A stretch of DNA of 63,043 nt, counting the filler, from Octopus bimaculoides (Eukaryota), in assembly GCF_001194135.2 (NCBI RefSeq). It is 6 parts of 4 records of this genome, joined end to end, with 100 filler letters (N's around TTAATTAATTAA, not from the genome) between each part and the next. Parts side by side here need not be neighbours in the genome. Positions count along the whole stretch, not along the records: positions 29,253 to 42,392 come from NC_068996.1; positions 42,493 to 52,117 come from NC_069002.1; 4 more parts are not named here. One strand, written 5' to 3'. The first letter of the stretch is position 1, and every line of letters starts with the position of its first letter. Under the pieces are notes generated by a model. That model did not search any database. It saw only the letters and a program-made list of their open reading frames with translations, and was not told where the DNA came from. Shown here piece by piece: positions 35,991 through 50,273 of the stretch. A program made the translations under genes and the position numbers.

Positions 35991-36649
35991 GTATGTATAT
36001 GTATATGTATGTATATGTGCGCGCACACACACACACACACACACACATGTGTTTATTTGTGTCTTCTTGCTTTAGAAAACACGTTTGGTAAAAGCTGTTC
36101 CTCACGACTGTGTAATAAACTTTATCTGACATGCATAAAATACTAAGAATATCAACAACAATAATTGATGCAATAAAAATCATAGTAATAGAGATATCGG
36201 CAACAAGAACATTGCTCGCACCACTACCATCAATAGCAACAACAACAAAAGCAAGCCCTGTAAACTTTCTAATATGATTGAAATGTAAAATGGGTATATA
36301 TCAGTTCACGCGATTCATTCGATTTAAAACTCACGGCGTAGGGAGAAACGTGCTCTTTAATACATTCGTAAATGAACCGTTTGCACTTCAATAGAACTCA
36401 AGACCAGTACAAATACCGACTTTAAATGTTGATAACGGTGCTTTTAAATTATGGTGTGCGAAAGACATAAATACATACACAAATACATCTGTTCAAATGT
36501 GTACACATTCACATACACATACATACATATATGACATAGATATCAAAATACAAATTCACTACTCAGAAAGGAAGAGGTGAGAGTTAGAAAAAAATGTTAT
36601 TTGTGTATAACTAGAAAAATATATAGATTTCTTTCTTACTGTCTTTTTG

Positions 36650-37205
<556 letters not shown>

Positions 37206-37474
37206 TAACTTCTTAGTTGTTTCTACTTTATTTTAACTGAAGAACCAGAACAAATAAATAAGGTAGAGAAAAAGAAGGAAAGAAAAAGTGAGAAGAAAAG
37301 ATTGAAGTGAGAAAGAAGAATGAGAGGAGTAGATGAGCGTATGTCAACAGAATGTAAAATTTCTTAACAGATCTTCAGCTATTAAGTACACAATATACTC
37401 ACACGCGCATGTATATACGTATGTATATACATGCGCGTGTGAGTGTACATATTCGTATAAATACGTAAGTCTAT

Positions 37475-37526
<52 letters not shown>

Positions 37527-38040
37527 TAGAATATGTGTGTGTATGTGTGTATTTGTGTGCGTGTGTGTATGTATAGATAGAAATTTAATTCAATCTTCAC
37601 GGAAACCGAACTTTAAATAGGTCTCAAAAGAAGTTATACTGATAAAGAAAAAGCAAACAATTTTATTGAAACAGACTTTTATTTGATTTAACAAAGAAAT
37701 AAGTTTTTCATTTTATTGTGGGTTTCGCCAGCAGCTGCAAAATGTTTTAGAACTGTAAATGTAGTTTAAATTTTTTAAAAATTCCTATATATTCTCAGCA
37801 TTCTACAGAAATTTCAAAAAAATACTGCTAGAATTAAGGAAGAACAAACTCATGAAATTTCAATAGAAGACAACTTCAATCGAATCAGTGAAAGGAAGAG
37901 TAAAGAAAAGACAGAATATCAATGAATGTAGAGAAGTAGTGAGACAGAAGATCATAACGTAAATCATTATCACTGCATTCGCTAAAATGATAAACAAATA
38001 ACTAAAAAAAAGAAAAAAAGAAAAACTTAAATATATGGGT

Positions 38041-38236
38041 TTCAAAGTTTAACAAGCTCGGGAGAGGGGGAAAATCAATTACATCGACGAAGGTATTCAA
38101 CTAGTACTTATGCTATCGACCCGGAAAGGGTGAAAGACAAAGTTAACATCAGTAAATTTGAACTCAGAGCGCAAAAGCGGATGAAATACCGCTAAGTATT
38201 TTTCCCGGAGTGCTAATGATCCTTCAGTTGACTGCT
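38041..38236 (-). mobile_element. Family A SINE (diverged)
   Basis: TCGACCCGGAAAGGGTGAAAGACAAAG..TTTGAACTCAG..ATACCGCTAAG. Confidence 0.7.
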
Positions 38237-38916
38237 TTTACCCAAATAATATACTAATAACAAATAAGTTAAATAGATAAAACACACAGCCCTATATAAG
38301 CGTATCCGTACAAATACGACTATTTGTACGAATACATGTATACATACACGCACGCATTCAGAAGACTGCGCCGAGCAACAATATCTGCCTAGGCATGTTT
38401 TCTATAGCTGGATACCCCTCCTAAGGTCAACCAGTTTACAGAGTGTACTGGGTACTTTCTTCGTAGAAACCAGCATAAATGAGGTGACTACGAAATTCGT
38501 AAGACAAGTCAGACAGTGAGTGGAGGTTGTAGCATTGAGAGGCTAAAGTATGATGCACGGACAGAAACACGTGTCTTTTTGGAGAGGAAAGACATTACGT
38601 TACGTTATCTCAGTTGACTAAGAAAGACGCACGTGCTTATTTGTATGTGTTTTTGTATGTACACTGACAGAAGGACCCAGTTTCACTCGGGTTATAAACT
38701 TATAGCCTTAACATAATACTCTTTGCTTGTAGTGTAATTTGATACGTTCCTTCTAGGAACGGCTAAGTAAAGGACCCATTCGTACCACGGTTTCAAATAA
38801 TTTTTTTCCATGAGTTTTTTTCGAGTGCATTCAACGCATCTGACCTCCAAACTCACCGCAAGCCATTTTTCTCCAAAAAAGAAAGGGTGAAAGGGGGTGG
38901 GGACCTCGAAGATTTG

Positions 38917-39040
38917 TGGGAACCCATGCCAACATCTCTTCAGTTATCCGACCATCGAAAATTCCTGTGAAAATTCCTGTCATTTTTCACAGGAAGTTTC
39001 ACTAGCTGGATAACTGAAGAGATGTTGGCGTGGGTTCCCA
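38917..39040. mobile_element. 124-bp palindromic MITE-like element
   Basis: 33-bp arms at 38917-38949 and 39008-39040 with one mismatch, plus an inner 17-bp stem GAAAATTCCTGTGAAAA / TTTTCACAGGAAGTTTC. Confidence 0.75.
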
Positions 39041-40408
39041 TCCCGGCATCCGAAACTCGGAGTTTTATCATGGCTACCGAATAAGTGTCACATATTTTTA
39101 CAGATATATATATACATATATACATGTGTGTGTGTGTGGGGGGGGGTGAGTGGGGGTGCGTTTGTGTGCATATGCGTGTGTGTGTCTGCACGTGTGTGAA
39201 GGTGCGTGGCCTAGTGATTAGAGTGTTGCACTCATAATCACTACATCGTGGGTTCCATTCCTTGATTGAGTGGCGTGTTGTGTTCTTCACAGCGTTCAGT
39301 ATACACACATATTTTTTTCACGTCTGGCCTGATAGACCTTCGTGTTTATTTTCACTGTTTTGTTTTCATTTTTTGCATTTCTGTCCGCCACTACATTCCT
39401 CCGCGTTACAAATTTAATTTGTTTCCGCAGGAAGAGCCATTCTAACAATGCGTCCTGCCCTAACTCTTCGAAACGCTTAGTTTTAGAATGGTGGCAGCTG
39501 ATGAAGGAAATGTTCTCTATGTGGCCTGTGTGTTTTCTGTGCTCTGTTTATGTTGTTTCTCATTTTGTCCACATTTATGCAGCGTCCTGNNNNNNNNNNN
39601 NNNNNNNNNNNNNNNNNNNNNNNNNNNNNNNNNNNNNNNNNNNNNNNNNNNNNNNNNNNNNNNNNNNNNNNNNNNNNNNNNNNNNNNNNNNNNNNNNNNN
39701 NNNNNNNNNNNNNNNNNNNNNNNNNNNNNNNNNNNNNNNNNNNNNNNNNNNNNNNNNNNNNNNNNNNNNNNNNNNNNNNNNNNNNNNNNNNNNNNNNNNN
39801 NNNNNNNNNNNNNNNNNNNNNNNNNNNNNNNNNNNNNNNNNNNNNNNNNNNNNNNNNNNNNNNNNNNNNNNNNNNNNNNNNNNNNNNNNNNNNNNNNNNN
39901 NNNNNNNNNNNNNNNNNNNNNNNNNNNNNNNNNNNNNNNNNNNNNNNNNNNNNNNNNNNNNNNNNNNNNNNNNNNNNNNNNNNNNNNNNNNNNNNNNNNN
40001 NNNNNNNNNNNNNNNNNNNNNNNNNNNNNNNNNNNNNNNNNNNNNNNNNNNNNNNNNNNNNNNNNNNNNNNNNNNNNNNNNNNNNNNNNNNNNATAACTC
40101 GGACAAAATAAATTGGTTAATAGATACCAGGGTAGCAAAGATCTCAAAATAACTGTGGTGTAACTCCTGTTTTTGAGGTAGAAACTCCTTGATATTTTGG
40201 GTACTTGAGTATATATAAATTTAATGAATGGAGTAAAACGCATATTTTAACTGCATATTTTTATTTCCAACATATGTTTCGAAGATTACAAATTATACCA
40301 TCCATAGGAATCGGCGATGTTAAAAATGTAATATCCTCTTCAGGGAAATGCATGGGAACCAACTTAAACGTAAGACATTTTAGCCGAATATGAGAACTAT
40401 AGTTGGAG

Positions 40409-40689
40409 AAGGTTATAACGTAATTTATTTCAAAAAGCCGTTGGAGATTAGGACGCTACCAGATAGTACGTTGGACAAGAAGGGAAGAAAAGAAGGAAAG
40501 AAAAAAAGAAAAAAAGAAAGAAAATTCAGAGTGTGAAGTTGGGAAATAATAAGATTATATAAATCCGATAAAAATTGGAGAGGAATGTTATGTAAAAAAA
40601 GGGATCTTTCCTGCCCTTCTTGTCCAACGTACTATCTGGTAGCGTCCTAATCTCCAACGGCTTTTTCAAATAAATTACGTTATAACCTT
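40409..40689. repeat. Near-perfect 76-bp inverted repeat with a spacer of about 130 bp
   Basis: 40409-40484 versus the reverse complement of 40614-40689 shows one mismatch. The right arm abuts a 10-N gap. Confidence 0.8.
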
Positions 40690-40699
40690 NNNNNNNNNN

Positions 40700-40729
<30 letters not shown>

Positions 40730-40731
<2 letters not shown>

Positions 40732-41336
40732 TGAATCCAACATCCATCCTGGCTTAGGAAACATTCAAGAAAACCAACTGGAGCTGCCTCAAACAATATC
40801 AGATTTTCCCGTGATTTCATCAGCCTTGTGTGCTTTTGATTGTCTCAAAGACAAGGCAACCAGGGAGCAAAATCCATTGTCATACTGAGTTCATTGTGTA
40901 GAATTTTCTCAATTCTACACAAGAGATATACTAATAACATTGGCTTTTTGATTTATAGTCAATTGCCTGTCATCCTTCACAGTGTGGTGAACACGATCAA
41001 TGTTTTCCTCGGTAGTGGAAGTAGCAGGACATCCTTTCCTTGGATCTGTTTTCAGACTCTCCGTTCCCCTCTTAAATTCAGCTGCCCCCTTTTGCACTAC
41101 TGATAACGCTGAAGCGTGATGCCCTAAAGTAGCAACCACGACAGCTTGGGGCTAAACCGTTTTTCTGCAGGTATTTTATAATACCACGCTGCCGAACGTT
41201 GTTTGTTTTCAAGAGGGGTTGCCACTTATTACATTTGAAGTGTTTTTTCAGCAGTCAGATGTCACTTTACCTAGAAAGACACAATGCACTTTACTCGTTC
41301 ATAGTCAGCTTATTAGCTTTTAAGCCCACCATCGTA
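40730..41336 (-). mobile_element. Mariner 5' half (TIR, HTH, first catalytic Asp)
   Basis: IKYLQKNGLAP / MVATLG..LSVVQKGAAEFKRG.ESL..DPRKGCPATSTTEENIDRVH..RENL.LFEA..FLECFLSQDGCWIHH. Terminal AGCCCACCATCG-TA at 41323-41336. Confidence 0.8.
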
Positions 41337-41851
41337 ATGCTAGGTATAATACAATTTGAGACACTGACCACAGTTTCAAGTCTACGAAATCATCGCTTCA
41401 AAAAAAAAAGAAAAAGAAAAAAAAAAGAAAAGAAAAAAAAAATGAATCTGTTGTAGAAACGTATTTAAAAAAAGTCTCATAAGTCCTTCTGTAAACACAC
41501 AAATTCTGTCGAAATTCTCTGCATAATTGAAACTTTAATAAATCGAATCCCCTTTGCTTCAGCTGCGTATAAATCACGTGGACTTATATTCACCTTTATA
41601 ATTCGTCCTTTACTAAATTCTTCCGTGTACCTTATACTGGTTGTTTCTGTCTTGTTTAGCTCCAAACATAGACTGTTATTGAAGTAACATTCCGTTTTCT
41701 CAGGTTTCGAAAATGATATATTATATACAAATTTGAATCTCGCTGTCTGACTGTCCGTCTGTCTATCTCTTGTAGGGCTGAAAATGCAAACAAGAAAACA
41801 GCAACTCGAAATATGAGTACAGGTATATGTGTGTGTGTCTGTGTATGTGTT

Positions 41852-41896
<45 letters not shown>

Positions 41897-41951
41897 GCAT
41901 ATATATATGCATATATATGCATATATATATATATATATATATGTACATATA

Positions 41952-41998
<47 letters not shown>

Positions 41999-42356
41999 GC
42001 ACATATATATATATGAATATATATGTTTATGTCTATATATGTATCTACAACTCCCATCTCCTCTATCATACAGTCGTAAGTATATATATCGGAAAGTTTT
42101 ATGTTTTGCCCCCTTTCTTCTTTAATGTTAGGAAAAATGTAGGTAGAAAATTCTTGCATTTAGTTGATATCCACTTCCCTAGAACCCTTAGAAGCATTAA
42201 ATTTTTAACAAACACAATTAAAATTACCTTTTCTTGCTCCCCTAATGTTAAATCATATATCAATAACTACACTAACAGTGTAGCATACACGCACACAAGA
42301 CACACATACATATACTAAAGACGGAGTGAAAAAGAGAAGGAAAAAGAGATAGATAG

Positions 42357-42392
<36 letters not shown>

Positions 42393-42492
42393 NNNNNNNN
42401 NNNNNNNNNNNNNNNNNNNNNNNNNNNNNNNNNNNNTTAATTAATTAANNNNNNNNNNNNNNNNNNNNNNNNNNNNNNNNNNNNNNNNNNNN

Positions 42493-42558
<66 letters not shown>

Positions 42559-42844
42559 GTCATGAAAGTTCGTTAGTGTATTGAGTGTAAAGTATCGTGC
42601 AAAAAAGTACTAATGAAAACAAAAATAACCTGAGGAAACCTATGATCAAAGGATTGTTAAGCGTCCTAGCACGAAACTGTAGCCCTTGAAGCCATTGGTG
42701 TACCACCATGAGTGTAAGTTAAAAGATACTTGAGTATACACACACATAAACACATGCACGTTGACATCTGGATAAACGTATGTGAACATAAATATTTATA
42801 GGGATAGTTACAGAGGCATATATTTGCATATATANNNNNNNNNN

Positions 42845-42894
<50 letters not shown>

Positions 42895-42980
42895 CACATG
42901 CATGTGCATATACATATATATACACTTTTGCACATCATTTAGAGATACACATAAAGATACAGACACATATAAAGATGTAT

Positions 42981-43023
<43 letters not shown>

Positions 43024-43619
43024 CATACATATATATATGTATACACACATACACACGTATACATGAAAATTTTTGAAATAATGCTTAAATGACAGAAAAC
43101 TATAAAAAAAAATGTAATCGTCCGTCGATTGTTTGATTATTTCTGTTCATTAGTGGTTTTTGTTTGTTTTATCTATGTTTTCTTGTTTTTTCTTTATTTG
43201 TTTTGTTTTTCGTTAAAAGTGATTACAAAGCTAATTTCCTTAAGACAGAAAAATCTTTAAAATCAAACTTAGCTGTCAGCGAAAATTTATCAGATTTCAA
43301 CAAAAAGGGAAAGAAAACTGTAATTAGAAGGAAATATAGAAAAAACAAAAACGAACTTAAACATTAAAACCATAGAAGAAGGATGCGTGGATTCCCCAAA
43401 AGAGAAGAGAAACTTGTTGGTATGGCGGAGAAGAAAAGGAAAAGAATTGTCTAAGAAAACAGATTTTGGATGAATGACAAAGAGTTGAGTTTAAAAATAG
43501 AAAATTGCGTGTTTGTGTATATATATATATATATGGATGTATGTAAGTATATAGTATAATATAAAAAAACGACGTAGAAAAGTCAATAGAAACTAACAAG
43601 AACAAGATGTCCATGTATC

Positions 43620-43757
43620 AGTTTGACGTAGATTGTGATGACGACCACAACGACGACGATGACGATGCTGCTACTGATGATGATGATAAGAATGCTAGTT
43701 ATAATATTGACGATAGTGAAGGCGATGGTGATGGTGATGATGATGATGATGATGATT

Positions 43758-43794
<37 letters not shown>

Positions 43795-43922
43795 GGATGA
43801 TGATGATGATGATACTGTTGATGATGAGGAAGATGATGAGATTGAGGAAGTAGAAAATGAGAAGAAAGAGGAGGCGTATGCAAGAGGAGTAAATGAGAAA
43901 ATAATGAGTTTACAATGAAAGA

Positions 43923-44016
<94 letters not shown>

Positions 44017-44050
44017 GTAATAATAATAATAATAAAAACAATAATAACAA
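43620..44050. repeat. Compound (GAT)n / (AAT)n microsatellite
   Basis: Direct inspection. Source of the poly-Asp, poly-Met, poly-Ile and poly-Tyr ORFs. Confidence 0.9.
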
Positions 44051-45889
44051 AAAAATTGCAAATAGTGAAAACATAAAACTGATTTTGCTTCACGTGGACC
44101 CCATTTAGTCTTTCGTTGTAAATACGGGTAGAAAATAGAAAATAATATAAATAATTATCTCTAACTTTTGCAAAGATTCTCTGCGTTGATAGATTGTCAC
44201 AAATCCAATGGAAGTATTGTCTGTAAATCATATCTGCAGTGTCATGTATTATTGACCATATCGACGAAAATTAATTCTGGTAACCACAGATTTTGCCTGG
44301 CTCGTTTTAATCTGATGCTAATGTAGATAACAATGTCTTGTCATAGACTTCCAGTTGCCAAGAATGCAAAACAACACTTTAGATCTTCTTCTCCAGATAA
44401 AACTTGCTAAAACTTCAGAACTTCTTACAACTTTTGCCTTCGTTTTGTTTAGAACTTCGTCGTTTTAATTTTTGCTTTCATTTTGTAATAGACAGCTTTC
44501 ACACAGAAAATGCTAGCTTCAAAATCCTGTTTTCTGATTGGTTAAAAATTATAAAATTCTGTTACATTTAAAAATAACATTTTCTGAAATAAATGAATTA
44601 TAAAATCGCATTCAGCGTGAGGAATTACATCAATATACCAAATTTGAAAAGTTTCACATAACTTTGAAATTTTTAAATCTGTGACAATGATTTCTAATGA
44701 TTTCTAATATAAATTCACCATATTCATAAAAAAACAGCCAGAGCAATTAATAGTTGTTGAAAATAGTTGTTGAAAAATATTGTTATAGGTATAAATATAC
44801 CATAAACAAGTATAAAAAATGGAGGAGAAAAAGATGTTGAATCAAAATTAGATTTAATACAAAATTGGATTTAATACACACGCACGTTTCAAAGGACAAC
44901 ACAAATACGTAAGAAAAAAATATAATCATCGTAATTATAATGAAATTTATGCATTGTCATTCTCATCAATGTGAGGAATTTTTGGAAGGACATCAAAAAA
45001 AGGTTTAATGAAATAAACTATATTAAAATAAGATACAATAATGGAGAATACAAATGGGGTAATAGGAAAAAATCGGATATGTACAAACAAGTTGTAAAAG
45101 GGAAAAAATAACAGTAATAATAATAGTGAGAGAGGCAAAAAAGTAAAAATGACAGACTTATGAATGTGTATGCTAGTCTATATGTACAGTATACTATAAC
45201 ATAAAAATGAAAATAATAATCTAATGAATATGTTTAAAGAAATAGTAACAGGTCATGACGAAGTATAATGTAAACAGGGCCATGTGTGTATAGTAGAATA
45301 TAACGCAACAGGTGCACTAGCAGAAAAAGTTAAAGAGATTCTAACATTTCTTTTTTGTAGCTTCAGCTCAGAGCTGCGGCCATGCTGATGCACAACTGTT
45401 TCGCTACACTGTTATTACTGAGAGCCTCCTTCAATATGTGGCACTTGGTGAAGAATGGAGTTTGATGTAGCTACCCTCATTTGCACCTCTTGCCGTGAGG
45501 TAGGTTCATCTGGGACTCTCGACAGGAAGAGATCCAGCTTTGATTTAAAAACGCATACATCTACTTTGTGCAGGTTCCTCAGGCTCAGAGAATATTAAAA
45601 AGCTGTGGACCCCTGAAACCCAGGCTGTTGCAGTAACTGGTCCTGAAGCGCGATGGCGTTGCTGGGATCTTTGGCACTATGCAGTGTCGTCCCGTTCTGG
45701 CATTGGTGAAAAATGAAAAAAATATATATATATCACACGAGGCTAAAAGTGATAGGCAACACTATGTTTGAAAAAGGTACAATATTTAAGTAAAAGTGTA
45801 CATGCAAGCAGAGAAAAAGCCAAAGAGAACTTAACAAGGAAAAAACATCGATCACAAGCAGGACCGGTCGGTATATTCAAGGTAGTTAC

Positions 45890-45925
45890 CTTACTCAAAA
45901 ACTGGCCCGGTGTAGGGGAGACAAT
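45890..45925 (-). other. Candidate 36-nt frame-preserving microexon (IVSPTPGQFLSK)
   Basis: Minus acceptor CGTTTTTGTTCCTATTTTTTTCAG and donor AAG|GTAACT (alternative GA|GTAAGG gives 31 nt). One frame is open and there are no recognised partner exons. Confidence 0.25.
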
Positions 45926-47298
45926 CTGAAAAAAATAGGAACAAAAACGAATATATGAAGGGGAAAATTATTATAAATTTACAAGTGATAGAAAAAACGT
46001 ATACACTTAACACATAAGGATATACAGTCATACACATATACATACATACATGCATACATACATACGTACACACATACACAACACACACACACACACACAC
46101 AAGAAACGTGCATACACTCACACATATACATACAGGGTTGCAGGTGTGAGGGAAGATACAAGTAAAATAAAGAAGTACGTATTCAAATAAGACGTATATA
46201 AATATATATACATATACACACATACATACACACACGTATATATACATACGCATACTTACATACATACATACATATACATACACACACTTACAAACATGCA
46301 TAAAAAGAAACATGCACATACATGCACACGCACATACATATACATATATGTATATATAATCCACAATGCGAGAAGTCACAATGGCGGTCTCTACATTGGT
46401 CAGTTACAATTTGAAACGGGGCCACAAGTAAAAGCCTTTAAAAGGATTGGTTTATAAAATAAACAAGAAAAGAAAGGAAAGAAAAAAGGCACGGGAGATA
46501 AGTCGATGAATAGGTATTTAGGGCCTTCAGACATTTATGTCCTTCAGCATCTTAACGTTATAACATGCAAGAGGGAAGCATTATGAGATTATAGGTTAGA
46601 GGTTAAGGAGAGACAACAGGTACTGATAAATCAGCGGCACTATGAAAGCTAGGGAAAGAAATAGGGTTAAACCTCGTATATAGCGAATTGTAGTAATAAT
46701 TAGGCATATACAGGTATGTAAGAAAAATACATCCTATAGGTGCTCTACAATGCATAAATAAAATGGACGATAATATTTAAGGTCAAGTCACATGCTGAAA
46801 TAATATCAAGTAAAGAAACTTCGTAGTTAACAACAACGTTTTAATTATGCTTCATGAGCATTAAATGAACATAAAAGTATATAGTTCCTATTATTATAAC
46901 GCAATTTAAAAGAATATAATGGCACTAATGGGTACAGTTAATGCCGAGACCCCAGGCCAGTTGATAACTATGAGAAAGTAAACTTGAATTCAGCAATTTG
47001 TAAATTAAATATGACGAAGTGATGTTTTGATAGTGATGTTGTTGTTGTTGTTGTTGTTTAACCACAAGTAGCCTGTGATCAAACGCGTTCGAAATAAGAT
47101 AGTCCCGTCTCTTTGCATGCTTTGGTCTCCATTGTGTAATATTAACTTTACCGTTTCGAGACAATTGGATTCCATTTTAAGTGAAGTAGACTGTAAGAGC
47201 TAACAGATCGAACAGCTATATAGCTTTTATCCTGATTGGCAGGCAGTATTATACATGTATTATACGTGACCAGTGACGTCATAACTGTGTATATAGAG

Positions 47299-47814
47299 AA
47301 AGGTTGAGGAAGCACCGCGGGGGCAATTTCGTCCGCGAGCCCGTTTTATTTTGCCCGCAGCCTGAAATACTCATATGTACAAAATATAGTAATTTTTTCA
47401 ATCAAAATTTATACAATATTCGTATACCTATTTGCGACATCGGTCGCGTTTCCACAACGACTTCAAATGGTCAGAAAGCGTCCGGTAATTACCGTTTGAA
47501 TGGAAATTTTGTTTTCACTATAAAACACATATTGCTAAGTTTATACCACCCCCTTGAGAACAACTACACTTTAACTGAAAAAAAAAACAATAGAATACCT
47601 CATATGTAATATAAACGTCCTAAATTCAGTGGTGGCATTAATGAAGATGTTACATGTTAATTTAATGTGCTAAATTTATCTTTATTAATGTAAATCGAAT
47701 TATACATAGATATATATACAGGTTCTACACAGATATAAGAGTTAGAACCTGTGATCCGCGGACCTTTTTTTACGAAATTTTTGCCCGTCGCACTAAAATG
47801 TTTCCCGACCCCTT
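47299..47814. mobile_element. 516-bp non-autonomous hAT element (Buster/Charlie-like)
   Basis: Perfect 8-bp TSD ATATAGAG with central TA (47291-98, 47815-22). Degenerate TIRs (10/15 match, right end GTTTCCCGACCCCTT) and subterminal GCCCG motifs. Confidence 0.75.
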
Positions 47815-48322
47815 ATATAGAGTATCGATATTGATTGTGTCTGACGAATTGTAGTGGTGTGGGGGTGCAGAAAGTGGAGATTATACATACATGAGAAGGG
47901 ATGTGGTATTAAAGACAGGATCTGCAGTGTTTTAGTTGTGTCTGGAGATACATAAGCTTTGATTAAACATGTATGAGAGACTGACTGTGCCGGTGGAGTT
48001 ATAGAATGTTCTGTGCTATCTTCGTTTTGTCTGGGTATACATATACACATACATACGTACACACATGCACACACACACACATATATACATACATACACAC
48101 ATATATACGTACATACATAAGTACGTACGTACGTACATTTTGTTCTTATCGGGTTATTCTGAGTTTTATCTGCCGATGCACAGGATCTTCAGGCCAGTTA
48201 TGAAACCTCTGTGCACTTACACGAGGAACTCAAAGTAGTAAGAGCCTGACTCGACCAGAATGAAAAGTAATATTAGTCTCTACTATGGTATTGAGCACTC
48301 TTCTTTCCGACAGCTAACACTA

Positions 48323-48418
<96 letters not shown>

Positions 48419-49003
48419 GAGTGGTTGTGGTCAGGTCAGGAAAATCTTGCTCTTAGTATCACGTAACCCAGTACTACCTATTTCATGCTCGGGTAGTCGG
48501 TTTTCCCACTTGGCTTGCCGAGGTGAGGAAGGCGTTGTGGACACTCTGCAGGCCCAGAAAGAAGACCTGCCAAAGAACAGATGAGCTCATTGCAAATCAA
48601 CGGCTAACCACATGACGGGTGTCTCGTAAAAACATTCTGCACGTCGGCTAGCAAACCATGCAGCTGGTCTAAGACTATAGCCAAGAAAGCAACAAGGAAA
48701 GGCAGGACTGCGCTGTCGAGTTAGAGTCGGTGTAGAAAGGATGAGGGGTAAATTCAAAATTGTATGAAAGTGGCAGAGCTGATGGAAAGATAAAAGCAGG
48801 CTGAAAAGTCTGAGATGTTTCTGGGTGTAAAGAAGGATGGGTGCTGGACAGGTATGAGAAAATGTAAACTAAGTGGAATTTATGACAATTACTTGAACGG
48901 AGATCCCATCAAATCTTTTGATCTGCTAGAATTAACAATTAGACCATCTTCAAAATATTCTCGACAGTCTTTACCATTTTAAAAATCGAAAGGGCGTCTT
49001 GTA

Positions 49004-50273
49004 TCAGGCCGAGTAAAAAGAAAGCAACGTTTTGAAACATTAAATTCATCACAATATATTTCAACAATGCAGAGATTTTATTTATGAAAGTGGAGTACCA
49101 TTACAATCAACACATTGTTTTGCCAACGAGTTACAAGTTTGTGTATTCCGGGAATATAAAAATCTGGAGTTCTGGAGCTGATGAACTCTTTGAATGCACT
49201 TTCAGCATCGGTTTGGTTTTTGAACTCCTTCTCTCGCAGGAAAACATCGAGGTGCTTGAAAAAGTGATAGTCGGTAGGACAAAAGTCTGGGTAATAAGCT
49301 GGGCGGCGAAGAACTTCGTAGCCAAGCTTCTTCAACTTTTGGAGCGTCATTGGTGAAACGTGTGGTCGAGCATTGTCGTAAAGAATGATGAGCGGTCCTC
49401 TGTTGACCAGTCGGGAACAGAGGAGTAGCGGATTTTCGTTCATTTTGGCAATTTCAGTGCAATATGTTTCTGCCGTAATGGTTTTTCCGGGTTTTAAGAA
49501 GATATAGTAGATGAGTGTAGCAGTACATCACCACACAGTCACTTCTTTTTGAAGAGTTCGGGTTTAGAGAATGTTTTTGAGGCTTCATTTTGATCTAACC
49601 ACTGCGAAACAGGGTTTTTTTTATTATTGTACAGAATCCACTTTCATCGCAAGTCCAGAAATGGATCGGTCTGCTTACGGTGAAAAAGCAACAAGCAAAT
49701 TTCATATCTACAAATTTTCTGATTTTGATCAAATCGTGTGGTACCCATTTGTCAAGCGTTTTTGATTTTCCGATCGCATGCAAGTGGTTGCAGGCAGTTT
49801 TCTGGTTAACTAGAAGTTCTCGAGTGGTTTTATATAGATCTTTTTCAATGACGGTCTTTAATTGACCGTAAACTATGACAGATGGGTCTACACTACGCTC
49901 ACGATCTTCAAGGTTCAAGTCTCCATTATGAAATCGTTTACACCATTTTCGAGCTGACCACTCACTGGTCATTTCCTCACCAAACGTTTTGTCGATATCG
50001 CGAGCAGTTTCATTTGCGTTACGTCCTTTTTTGAAGTTGAATAGCAAAATTGCTTGAATATTGCGCTTTGACAGTTCAATTTCAAATTATTGTAACAACT
50101 GTGAAAAAATGGGAAAAATGTGAAAAAATGTTAATTTATTGGTGCATTTGGGCAAGTCTATGTCTGTATTATTAGACAATTACAAAGAAATGTTTAAAAA
50201 ATTCAAAACTCTGCAAAATTCCGGTAGAAATTCTTCATCATTCAAAACGTTGCTTACTTTTTACTCAACCTGT
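49004..50273 (-). mobile_element. Near full-length mariner (1270 bp, DD34D) with a frameshifted transposase
   Basis: 32-bp TIRs at 49005-49036 and 50241-50272 (29/32) with TA flanks. Peptides LFNFKKGRNANETARDI..WVPHDL..TCDE and YDNARPH..(34 aa)..PTDYHFF..KLVTRW. Confidence 0.9.

Noticed and set aside
39430-39530. Hammerhead-like pieces (GAAGAG..CTCTTCGAAACG and CTGATGAAGG)
   Set aside because: The core elements are out of order or too degenerate to assemble into a fold.
41477-41822. About 110 open codons on the minus strand, and a 47-nt plus exon-like segment (41776-41822)
   Set aside because: No recognisable motif, weak donor, and within chance expectation.
44230-44700. Possible non-autonomous DNA element with a 9-bp inverted match
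   Set aside because: The inverted match is too short and there is no TSD.
45420-45710. GC-richer segment reminiscent of an RTE-type LINE 5' region (also 48470-48720)
   Set aside because: Resemblance is from memory only, with no translatable motif or second copy in the window.
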